A stretch of 64,000 nt of DNA from a virus: IMG/VR virus record IMGVR_UViG_3300028197_000003, positions 96,001-160,000 of that record; one strand, 5' to 3'. The number at the start of each line of letters is the position of its first letter. The stretch's first letter is position 1. The position numbers were made by a program, and so were the translations under genes. The notes beneath the pieces were generated by a model that made no database searches, had not been told where the DNA came from, and saw only the letters and a program-made list of their open reading frames with translations. Below are positions 29,547-37,906 of the stretch, piece by piece.

Positions 29547-30484
29547 TCCTCTACACATCCATCACTAACGGATACTTTCAGTTGCCGCAATTGGATATTG
29601 ATTGTAGATGTGTTTGTTTTCATGATGGAAGTGTGTATGAGCAAGAAGGATGGGAACTAAAGTACATACCTGGGTTCTCATCTGATCCTATTCGTATGTC
29701 ACGTCTGGTAAAGATGATATGTCCATTTGATGAACCTAATGTTTACATTGATGCATCTAAATTACATACACTAAACAATAAATTTTGTGAAGTAAGTAAT
29801 TTTATTCTTTCTCAGGATACTTTTACTGTAATAGAGCATCCACATTCTCATACGTATCTTGAAGAGTGTGCTGAATATATTTGTAGAGGACTTGTTCCTT
29901 TCTCTGATGTGTATAAGTTCACGGTTGCTGCTGCGGAGGCAGGGTATAACTTCAAAGACTATCTGTCACCGCTATGTACGATCCTCTGGAGGAGGGGTAA
30001 GACTGACTTCGACCAACTCTGGTGGGACTGGTACTTGAAGGGTGGTAGGAGGGATCAACTGTCCTTTGCAGTGGCATTGCAGATGAGTGGTATGAAGTAT
30101 GAAACTATTCTTGCTAGAGAACTGATTGATGTATGGTCAGACGCTAGCGATGGTGGTGAGTGGTGGGCGAACAAGGGTGGTAGGTATGGTGCTAAGTATC
30201 ATGTCAATCCTGAGTGGGCAGTAGACATCCTATGTAATATGACAGGTCTGGAAAAGAACTCAAGGAACTATCGCTGTGCTGTCCTTACTGAAGATGATCA
30301 ACCTGTCTGGTTGTTTGGTGATATGTCAAATGATTTCGATTATAAGTACAGAAAATTGAACGTTTTGAATCCATATCACAGTCTTCTGTGGTATACCAAT
30401 AGAAAGACTGGTGTTATACGAAGACCGAGTCGAACTATTAGATCACACTTTGATGATCCATTCTTTTTCCCACACCCCATATGA
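29543..30484 (+). CDS. DUF616-like glycosyltransferase
   Basis: ILYTSITNGY, YIDAS, HPH, RDQLSF. Confidence 0.7.
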   Translation: MILYTSITNGYFQLPQLDIDCRCVCFHDGSVYEQEGWELKYIPGFSSDPIRMSRLVKMICPFDEPNVYIDASKLHTLNNKFCEVSNFILSQDTFTVIEHPHSHTYLEECAEYICRGLVPFSDVYKFTVAAAEAGYNFKDYLSPLCTILWRRGKTDFDQLWWDWYLKGGRRDQLSFAVALQMSGMKYETILARELIDVWSDASDGGEWWANKGGRYGAKYHVNPEWAVDILCNMTGLEKNSRNYRCAVLTEDDQPVWLFGDMSNDFDYKYRKLNVLNPYHSLLWYTNRKTGVIRRPSRTIRSHFDDPFFFPHPI

Positions 30485-31296
30485 TTATTTACACCTGCGT
30501 CACTAACGGATACGACAAATTCTCTGATGATCATTACTATGATCCCAGTGTCAGGTATGTTGCCTTCACAGATGGCACTGTTGATGTGCCAGAGAAATGG
30601 GAAGAGTATCCAATCAAAGTAGAAGAGGAGTGTCCACGTAGGAGATCTGCTCACCCCAAGATCTGCCCTCATCTTTATTTTGATGCAGGTGAGTCAGTGG
30701 TCTGGATTGATGGGTGTTATGTAATCACCAAAGAATTTGTAGAAACTTCTAAACGTATCTTGAGTCGTAGTAGTCAGACTCACATGATTCATCCTTGTCG
30801 CTTCAATTTTGTTGAGGAAGTGATGGAAGGTTACGTGTCCTCATTCAACACCAAAGCACAGATGGTGGAGATCATGGAGGCGTTGATGGAACTGAACTAT
30901 AACTTCAAAAACTATTGCAGTCCTGTACTGGCATCAATTTGGAGACATATTACTCCTGAGATCAGTAAGTTTGGTGACCTGTGGTGGAAGTATTCTTTGA
31001 TTGGTCCTAACCGTGACCAGATTTCTTTTGATACTGCACGTCAACTGACTGCATTACCCTGGCAGACAATAAAAAATCCACTAAAGGACCACTGGCCTGA
31101 GGTTGGTATTGATTTTGACCACCGAACAGGTAAGTTGAATCGCCTAGGAAAGCATCCCCAAGCAGGAGATCTGGAGCAGTACAAGCGTGAGAATGAGATG
31201 CTCAAGGAGATAGGTCGGTGCACTCGTATGATTGCAAGGTTGCACTACAAGCACAATTTCCAATCAATGATTGATGCAAACGTATTGAACCGATGA
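30481..31296 (+). CDS. DUF616-like glycosyltransferase
   Basis: IIYTCVTNGYD, WIDG, HP, RDQISF. Confidence 0.75.
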   Translation: MIIYTCVTNGYDKFSDDHYYDPSVRYVAFTDGTVDVPEKWEEYPIKVEEECPRRRSAHPKICPHLYFDAGESVVWIDGCYVITKEFVETSKRILSRSSQTHMIHPCRFNFVEEVMEGYVSSFNTKAQMVEIMEALMELNYNFKNYCSPVLASIWRHITPEISKFGDLWWKYSLIGPNRDQISFDTARQLTALPWQTIKNPLKDHWPEVGIDFDHRTGKLNRLGKHPQAGDLEQYKRENEMLKEIGRCTRMIARLHYKHNFQSMIDANVLNR

Positions 31297-32153
31297 TTAT
31301 CTACTCATGTATCACTAATGGATATGATGAGATACCGGATGAAAATTACTACGATCCTGATGTCAAGTATGTGATGTTCGCTGATGATACTGTTGAAAGG
31401 AAAGGACCGTGGGAGTTTCGAGAGATCCCATGTGATTATTCCTGTCCTCGTATCCGTTCTTCCTACGTCAAGATCAACCCTCATAAAGTATTTGATGAGG
31501 GTGAGGAGGTTGTTTGGATTGATGGTTGCTACATCATGACCGAACAATATGTAGAGAACTGTAAGAGATACTTTGAGAAGAGTTCTTTCACAGTCATCCG
31601 TCATGTAAACCGTTACACATACTACGATGAGATCTTGGAGGGGTTTATGTCCTCCATGAATACAAAGGAGCAGCAACTAGAGATTACCCGAGTCCTGAAG
31701 TGGATGAACTATGACTTCAAGAAGTACAGCAGTCCTGTGCTGGGATCTATCTGGCGTCGTCTAGAAAACTATGAAGAGTTTGGTGATCTGTGGTGGAAGT
31801 ATGCACAGATTGGACCTAACCGAGATCAGATTTCCTTTGATGCTGCCAAGCAGTTCACTAATAAGCAGATGACTTTCATCGAAGATGGTTGGCATGAACT
31901 ATGGAGAGACAAAAGAGGGAAGTATCTCCACAGAGCAGGAAGTTGTGGTATATTATTCGGACAGCAAGGAAAACAATACCGTCGCAAAAGGCATCCACAG
32001 GCAGGGCAACCTGACCAATGGACGAAGCGACGTGAGATCCTTGCCGAACTAAGAGAGATCACAGGATTACATCCTTTTGCTTTTGCAAAACATGATCACT
32101 CTGAGTTCGTTGAACGCAATGTGATATCTCCAACTTTGCCTTTACAAAGTTAG
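31293..32153 (+). CDS. DUF616-like glycosyltransferase
   Basis: IIYSCITNGYD, WIDG, RDQISF. Confidence 0.75.
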   Translation: MIIYSCITNGYDEIPDENYYDPDVKYVMFADDTVERKGPWEFREIPCDYSCPRIRSSYVKINPHKVFDEGEEVVWIDGCYIMTEQYVENCKRYFEKSSFTVIRHVNRYTYYDEILEGFMSSMNTKEQQLEITRVLKWMNYDFKKYSSPVLGSIWRRLENYEEFGDLWWKYAQIGPNRDQISFDAAKQFTNKQMTFIEDGWHELWRDKRGKYLHRAGSCGILFGQQGKQYRRKRHPQAGQPDQWTKRREILAELREITGLHPFAFAKHDHSEFVERNVISPTLPLQS

Positions 32154-32174
32154 GGATTCATGTTATACTAAATA
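32141..32174 (+). promoter_or_regulatory. psbA promoter: sigma70-type overlapping a late-promoter-like CTAAATA
   Basis: TTTACA-17 nt-TATACT with extended TGn; CTAAATA at 32168-32174. Confidence 0.65.
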
Positions 32175-32204
32175 GAAATACGTTACAAAGCGTAACGTAG
32201 TAAT

Positions 32205-32323
32205 GACCTCCCTTCAAACCGAGACCTATAGGGAGAATAAAAACGTCTCTAATACCTGTTGCTGAGGGTGTAACAGGAATATCTTACTAGTGTTCCCCGC
32301 ACTTTTACTTACCCTTTTCAATG
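32205..32323 (+). ncRNA. structured psbA 5' leader, PhotoRC-II-like
   Basis: Hairpin CCTGTTGC-TGAGGGT-GTAACAGG, second hairpin AGTGT-TCCCC-GCACT, GAGAC/GTCTC pairing, TACTTACCC before the ATG; recognised from memory of the cyanophage psbA leader motif, not tested with a covariance model. Confidence 0.55.
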
Positions 32324-33400
32324 TCTGCTACTTTACAACAACAACAATCCCAATCAGTCTGGAACGAGTTCTGTGATTGGGTCACAAGCACTAACAACCG
32401 TCTGTATGTCGGTTGGTTCGGAGTCCTCATGATTCCAACCCTGCTTGCTGCTACAATTTGCTTCATCATTGCATTCGTTGCTGCTCCCCCCGTGGACATC
32501 GACGGCATCCGCGAACCAGTTGCTGGTTCACTGATGTATGGAAACAACATCATCTCTGGTGCTGTTGTCCCATCTAGTAATGCAATCGGTTTACACTTTT
32601 ACCCCATCTGGGAAGCTGCCTCACTTGATGAGTGGCTTTACAATGGTGGTCCTTTCCAACTGGTAGTTTTCCACTTCCTGATCGGCATCTATGCCTATAT
32701 GGGACGTGAGTGGGAACTTTCCTACCGCTTGGGCATGCGCCCTTGGATCTGTGTCGCATACTCTGCTCCTGTTGCGGCTGCGTCCGCAGTATTCTTGGTG
32801 TACCCCTTTGGTCAAGGTTCGTTCTCCGATGCTATGCCTTTGGGTATTTCGGGAACCTTCAACTACATGCTTGTATTCCAAGCCGAACATAACATTCTCA
32901 TGCACCCCTTCCACATGTTGGGCGTTGCTGGAGTTTTCGGTGGTTCACTATTCAGTGCTATGCACGGCTCGCTTGTTACGTCCTCACTGGTTCGTGAGAC
33001 GACTGAAACTGAGTCACAGAACTATGGTTACAAGTTTGGTCAAGAAGAAGAAACGTACAACATCGTCGCTGCTCACGGGTACTTCGGTCGTTTGATCTTC
33101 CAATACGCTTCATTCAACAACTCACGTTCATTGCACTTCTTCCTTGCTGCATGGCCTGTTGTTGGCATCTGGTTCACTGCCCTTGGCGTGTCCACGATGG
33201 CGTTCAACCTGAACGGTTTCAACTTCAACCAGTCAATCCTTGATGGTCAGGGTCGCGTCCTGAACACCTGGGCGGACGTGTTGAACCGTGCAGGTCTTGG
33301 TATGGAAGTTATGCATGAGCGTAACGCACACAACTTCCCACTGGATCTGGCTGCTGTTGAGTCAACACCTGTTGCACTTATCGCACCTTCCATCGGTTGA
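32321..33400 (+). CDS. psbA: photosystem II D1 protein
   Basis: [22 protein letters not shown]; uninterrupted. Confidence 0.99.
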   Translation: MSATLQQQQSQSVWNEFCDWVTSTNNRLYVGWFGVLMIPTLLAATICFIIAFVAAPPVDIDGIREPVAGSLMYGNNIISGAVVPSSNAIGLHFYPIWEAASLDEWLYNGGPFQLVVFHFLIGIYAYMGREWELSYRLGMRPWICVAYSAPVAAASAVFLVYPFGQGSFSDAMPLGISGTFNYMLVFQAEHNILMHPFHMLGVAGVFGGSLFSAMHGSLVTSSLVRETTETESQNYGYKFGQEEETYNIVAAHGYFGRLIFQYASFNNSRSLHFFLAAWPVVGIWFTALGVSTMAFNLNGFNFNQSILDGQGRVLNTWADVLNRAGLGMEVMHERNAHNFPLDLAAVESTPVALIAPSIG

Positions 33401-33422
33401 TAACACTTTCCTGTTATACTGT

Positions 33423-33448
33423 AGGGGTCTTAGGACCCCTATTTTTTT
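33423..33448 (+). terminator. intrinsic terminator after psbA
   Basis: AGGGGTC-TTAG-GACCCCT followed by A and T7. Confidence 0.85.
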
Positions 33449-33452
33449 GGAC

Positions 33453-33734
33453 ATGAATACTCGTCGCAATACTCTGCAACATCTTCGAGAACAGTGCAGA
33501 GACAAGATAAGAGAGGAAAATTCAAAGATTCAAAAGCATTTGAATCAACGTCTTCCTCCTCATATGGCTGCTGTATCTCCGAACGCAGTCGATATGAATA
33601 CCTTACAAGAAATCAATCTCTGTCTGGATAGACTTGTCATTGCAGAGGAACGTCTTAGAGTCATTGATCAATTTGACAATCAACTCACAAAAGATCACGA
33701 CGATCACCTAAACTACGACACTTACAGCAAATAA
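33453..33734 (+). CDS. hypothetical helical protein between psbA and psbD
   Basis: 93-aa ORF from ATG33453, ending 1 nt before psbD. Confidence 0.65.
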   Translation: MNTRRNTLQHLREQCRDKIREENSKIQKHLNQRLPPHMAAVSPNAVDMNTLQEINLCLDRLVIAEERLRVIDQFDNQLTKDHDDHLNYDTYSK

Positions 33735-33735
33735 C

Positions 33736-34791
33736 ATGGTCGCCTCAACGCTTCAGCAACAACAACGGGGATGGTTTGATATCCTAGATGACTGGTTGAA
33801 ACGAGACAGATTTGTCTTCGTCGGCTGGTCTGGATTACTTCTCCTTCCCACTGCCTACCTGGCAATTGGTGGTTGGCTTACAGGAACCACCTTCGCTACC
33901 TCCTGGTACACTCACGGCATCGCCTCGTCGTACCTTGAAGGTTGTAATTTTCTTACCGCTGCAGTCAGTACACCTGCTGATGCAATGGGTCACAGTTTGC
34001 TTCTCCTATGGGGTCCTGAAGCACAAGGTGATTTTGTCCGCTGGATACAACTCGGTGGTCTTTGGGCATTCGTTGCCTTACATGGTGCATTCGCTCTGAT
34101 TGGATTCATGCTCCGTCAGTTTGAAATTAGTCGTCTCGTAGGAATTAGACCGTACAATGCTATTGCGTTCTCTGGTCCTATTGCTGTTTTTGTCAGCGTA
34201 TTCCTTATCTATCCACTGGGTCAGTCTTCATGGTTCTTTGCACCTAGTTTCGGGGTAGCAGCAATTTTCCGCTTCCTGCTGTTCCTCCAGGGCTTCCATA
34301 ACTGGACGCTGAACCCCTTCCATATGATGGGTGTTGCAGGTATCCTTGGTGGTGCTTTGCTCTGTGCAATTCATGGTGCTACAGTAGAGAACACATTGTT
34401 TGAAGATGGTGAACAATCAAACACCTTCAAAGCATTTGAACCTACTCAAGAGGAGGAGACTTACTCAATGGTCACTGCAAACCGTTTCTGGTCGCAGATC
34501 TTCGGTGTTGCGTTTTCTAACAAGCGGTGGCTTCATTTCTTTATGCTTTTTGTTCCTGTCATGGGTCTCTGGACATCTAGCATTGGGATTATTGGTCTGG
34601 CTTTCAATCTTCGTGCTTATGATTTCGTAAGTCAAGAGATCAGAGCAGCAGAAGATCCTGAGTTCGAGACGTTCTACACCAAGAACATCCTATTGAATGA
34701 AGGACTACGTGCATGGTTAGCACCTGCCGATCAGCCACATGAAAACTTCATCTTCCCTGAGGAAGTTCTACCTAGAGGTAACGCATTGTGA
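33736..34791 (+). CDS. psbD: photosystem II D2 protein
   Basis: [25 protein letters not shown]. Confidence 0.99.
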   Translation: MVASTLQQQQRGWFDILDDWLKRDRFVFVGWSGLLLLPTAYLAIGGWLTGTTFATSWYTHGIASSYLEGCNFLTAAVSTPADAMGHSLLLLWGPEAQGDFVRWIQLGGLWAFVALHGAFALIGFMLRQFEISRLVGIRPYNAIAFSGPIAVFVSVFLIYPLGQSSWFFAPSFGVAAIFRFLLFLQGFHNWTLNPFHMMGVAGILGGALLCAIHGATVENTLFEDGEQSNTFKAFEPTQEEETYSMVTANRFWSQIFGVAFSNKRWLHFFMLFVPVMGLWTSSIGIIGLAFNLRAYDFVSQEIRAAEDPEFETFYTKNILLNEGLRAWLAPADQPHENFIFPEEVLPRGNAL

Positions 34792-35189
34792 TTCAATCTC
34801 TAGGATTCTTACTACTTCGTATAGCGTTAGGCACTATGCTTATCCATCATGGATATGAGAAACTAGAGAACATTGAAAATTTTGCGGATGCATTTGTACG
34901 ACCATTGCATCTTCCATTCCCAATCGTCTCCTCATACTTCGCAGCATTCGCTGAGGTTGTGGGGAGTTGGATGGTTATCTGTGGACTCGGCACTCGTCTG
35001 GGTGCCTTGGCAATCTTAGGTACAATATCATTCGCAATTTATCATGCTCTAGCTACATCTGGATTCAACATCTACTTGTTAGAACTCTTAGTTCTTTACT
35101 GGGGAGGTACAGCATGTATCGTCCTCAGTGGTCCTGGTAATTTCTCGATAGACCATCTCATAAAACGAAGACTTCATGAATACCTTTGA
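34788..35189 (+). CDS. DoxX-family membrane protein
   Basis: LLRIALG...HGYEKL...EVVGS...GLGTRL...GPGNFSID. Confidence 0.85.
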   Translation: MIQSLGFLLLRIALGTMLIHHGYEKLENIENFADAFVRPLHLPFPIVSSYFAAFAEVVGSWMVICGLGTRLGALAILGTISFAIYHALATSGFNIYLLELLVLYWGGTACIVLSGPGNFSIDHLIKRRLHEYL

Positions 35190-35391
35190 ACTTATCCTTT
35201 ATTTTGTTTGCTTTGCAGTGCTTTCGGGCACTGCTTTTGCTATGATGTGGAGTAATATTCAATCTATTTCTATAGAGATGAATAAACCCCCTAAACCACG
35301 TCATCCTGAAGCACCACAAGCAGGAGAAGAAGTAATGTATGTTGATCTAACTAGAGAAAAACTAGAGGACCTTTACAAAAAGGACGAATGA
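35176..35391 (+). CDS. small membrane protein (DUF2973-like)
   Basis: TM helix followed by RHPEAP...L. Confidence 0.65.
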   Translation: MNTFELILYFVCFAVLSGTAFAMMWSNIQSISIEMNKPPKPRHPEAPQAGEEVMYVDLTREKLEDLYKKDE

Positions 35392-35594
35392 CTACATTAG
35401 TAATACATTTGGTAGCGTTTTGGAATGTTGCTGTCATGAACTGCATCCAACCCGTCAATTGGGAAGCATGTGCTCCAGTTCATGAATGGTTAGTGCCTGA
35501 TCTAATTGAAGGGTACAAACTATACACAGGTGATACACATCCCTATCAAACTGAGAAAGATTATCTAAATAATAATATATCGTCGCCGCTATAG
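35388..35594 (+). CDS. hypothetical protein
   Basis: 68-aa ORF with ATGA overlap. Confidence 0.6.
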   Translation: MTTLVIHLVAFWNVAVMNCIQPVNWEACAPVHEWLVPDLIEGYKLYTGDTHPYQTEKDYLNNNISSPL

Positions 35595-35627
35595 TCTCTG
35601 GCAAAATCTAGATGACTGTGCTATATT

Positions 35628-35654
35628 AGGGAGGTCTAACGACCCCCCTTTTTT
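35628..35654 (+). terminator. intrinsic terminator
   Basis: AGGGAGGTC-TAAC-GACCCCCCT followed by a T-tract. Confidence 0.75.
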
Positions 35655-36326
35655 ATGTTCAAATTTCTTCTGGCAGGGTTCCTGTTAGGCGGTTCTCTCC
35701 CTGCAATTGCGGAACCTCTCAAAGATAATGAGTATTACTCTATGCATTCTATGGGGTGTATGCTACTCGGTGAATGCACTGAAGGTGTAGAGAAAGTGTA
35801 CTCTTTGTTGGATGTATCATCTGAATACCCCAACCCAGAAAAGTTTACTGGAGTGACAGGTGAGTTCAACAATATGATTCACTCCTTGAATCAGATTGGA
35901 GTGAATGTATTCCTTGCGGATGAGAAGTATTTTCCAGTAGGACATCGTGGTGTCTATCATACTGTGAGTAATAACTTCTTTTTGAACAAAGCATTTATGT
36001 CACGCCCTGGTGTATTGATGAGTGTGATGAGACATGAAGGATGGCATGCAGCACAAGATTGTATGGCAGGAACGATTGATAATAGTTTGATTGCTATTAT
36101 TATGCCTGAAGATGATGTGCCAATGTTGTGGCAAGAGATGGTGAAGCGGGCATATATGTTGCAACCATCTGCAATTCCATGGGAGAAGGAAGCAATGTGG
36201 GCAGGTAAGACTGAAAACATGACTATGAATGCTCTTGCAGCATGTGCTGGTGGTAATATGTGGGAAGTATATGAACCGACTCCACTCACACGTCAATACT
36301 TAGAGGAGAATGGTTTTATTGAATGA
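35655..36326 (+). CDS. secreted zincin-like (HExxH) protein
   Basis: Signal peptide; MRHEGWHAAQDC. Confidence 0.7.
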   Translation: MFKFLLAGFLLGGSLPAIAEPLKDNEYYSMHSMGCMLLGECTEGVEKVYSLLDVSSEYPNPEKFTGVTGEFNNMIHSLNQIGVNVFLADEKYFPVGHRGVYHTVSNNFFLNKAFMSRPGVLMSVMRHEGWHAAQDCMAGTIDNSLIAIIMPEDDVPMLWQEMVKRAYMLQPSAIPWEKEAMWAGKTENMTMNALAACAGGNMWEVYEPTPLTRQYLEENGFIE

Positions 36327-36544
36327 TGGTTCAACAAATCAAATGGTTTTCCGCAACCATCATCCTCATCGCTATGGTTTTTCATGTGATGGGGTGGACT
36401 CCCTGGAATAGTATCCTCCAACTTGTAGGTGCTAGTGGTTGGACATACGTAGGATTCAAGTGGAAGGAACGTGCAATTATCATGAACTTCCTTCCACAGT
36501 TTTTCATCATCATCCCTGGTCTCATCTACCTGTTCTCTAAATAG
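36323..36544 (+). CDS. small multi-TM membrane protein
   Basis: Three hydrophobic segments. Confidence 0.65.
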   Translation: MMVQQIKWFSATIILIAMVFHVMGWTPWNSILQLVGASGWTYVGFKWKERAIIMNFLPQFFIIIPGLIYLFSK

Positions 36545-36562
36545 AGCAGGTATTTTTATGTC

Positions 36563-37888
36563 ATGTCGCCTTCAGTAAATCAACCATGGGATAAACTGAA
36601 AACATGTTTGGTTGGTAGATCATATCCTCCTGAATTTTATAGTTACATCAAGGATCCTAGGGCACGTGCTGGGATGGAAAGGATTGCACAAGAAACTGAA
36701 GAGGATTTTGTAATACTGTCCAATAAACTTATTGAGTTAGGCGTTGATGTAATTAGAACTAATATTTCTGACGACTGGAAGAAGGATCATAACTGGGGTT
36801 ACCGTGCCGATTATCCCTCTGCCATGATCCCTCGTGACCATACTATGGTTCTGGGAAACAAGTTATACATGCCGAATCATGATTATTTGGAGGATGTAAA
36901 TGTCGAACATATGCTCTATGCTATCCGGGACAATGCTGAGTACGCAAAAAATCAACCAGAAGCAGAAGTCCTTAGTGAGTATCTTTTAGATCTTGTCAAA
37001 CCTGGACGTGGTGCTAAAGGTCAGGCTGCTGCATCTAAAGAGGTTGTTGAGGAAGCACATAAGTTTTTGTCAGATGGAAAAGACTTTCCTATTCATTGGT
37101 TGATGCAGGTATTGCACGTTGATGATGTCACTAGATTGTGTGAGAGTGCTGCGACAAATACCATTGGCAATCCACGTCGAGTCAATAAAAAATACAATGA
37201 GTTTCAAGATGCAGAGAAGTGGTTCAAAGAACAGGGAGGAGAGGTTGTTTATAATTCGTATGTGAATGGTGCTTCGACAATCAAGTGTGGAAAGGATCTT
37301 TACTTTGCCATCAATAATATTCTTACTTATATCAATGAGGACTATGCTCTTGAGAAATGGCAGAAGATGTTCCCTGATTATAGAATCCATCCACTACATT
37401 TCCCTGGACATTCTGACGGATCATTGGCACCAATCAAACCTGGGTGCTTGATTAGTATTGGCGATGCAAAGCACACTGATATAACTTTCCCTGGTTGGGA
37501 TGTTTGTCAGGTCGTGGGTCAAGGTTGGTCTCAAGTAGAAGAGTTCACCAACATGAAACATTCATTACCAAATAATGGACGTTGGTATGTTGCTGGTGAA
37601 GAAAAAAATGATGCTCTAACTGATTTTGTTGAAACCTGGTTGAATGATTGGGTCATTTACGTTGAGGAGACTGTATTTGATGTCAACATGCTTGTGGTTG
37701 ATGAGCAGAATGTCATCGTCAACAACTACAATAAAGATGTTTTTGATTTCTTTGAGAAGCATGGTGTGACTGGGCACGTGGTCAACTTTAGGCACCGTTA
37801 CTTCTGGGACGGTGGACTACACTGTATTACTACTGACCTGGATCGCGAAGGAGAAAGACAGGACTTCTTCCCAGAGCGTTCTAAATAA
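36563..37888 (+). CDS. amidinotransferase-fold protein, copy 1
   Basis: QPWDKLKTCLVG, PRDH, GHSDG, FRHRYFWDGGLHCIT. Confidence 0.85.
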   Translation: MSPSVNQPWDKLKTCLVGRSYPPEFYSYIKDPRARAGMERIAQETEEDFVILSNKLIELGVDVIRTNISDDWKKDHNWGYRADYPSAMIPRDHTMVLGNKLYMPNHDYLEDVNVEHMLYAIRDNAEYAKNQPEAEVLSEYLLDLVKPGRGAKGQAAASKEVVEEAHKFLSDGKDFPIHWLMQVLHVDDVTRLCESAATNTIGNPRRVNKKYNEFQDAEKWFKEQGGEVVYNSYVNGASTIKCGKDLYFAINNILTYINEDYALEKWQKMFPDYRIHPLHFPGHSDGSLAPIKPGCLISIGDAKHTDITFPGWDVCQVVGQGWSQVEEFTNMKHSLPNNGRWYVAGEEKNDALTDFVETWLNDWVIYVEETVFDVNMLVVDEQNVIVNNYNKDVFDFFEKHGVTGHVVNFRHRYFWDGGLHCITTDLDREGERQDFFPERSK

Positions 37889-37906
37889 TGCAGATCTAAT
37901 ATTGTT

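Noticed and set aside
32321-34791. Group I intron or homing endonuclease in or near psbA/psbD
   Set aside because: Both frames are uninterrupted and full length, and the intervening ORF lacks nuclease motifs.
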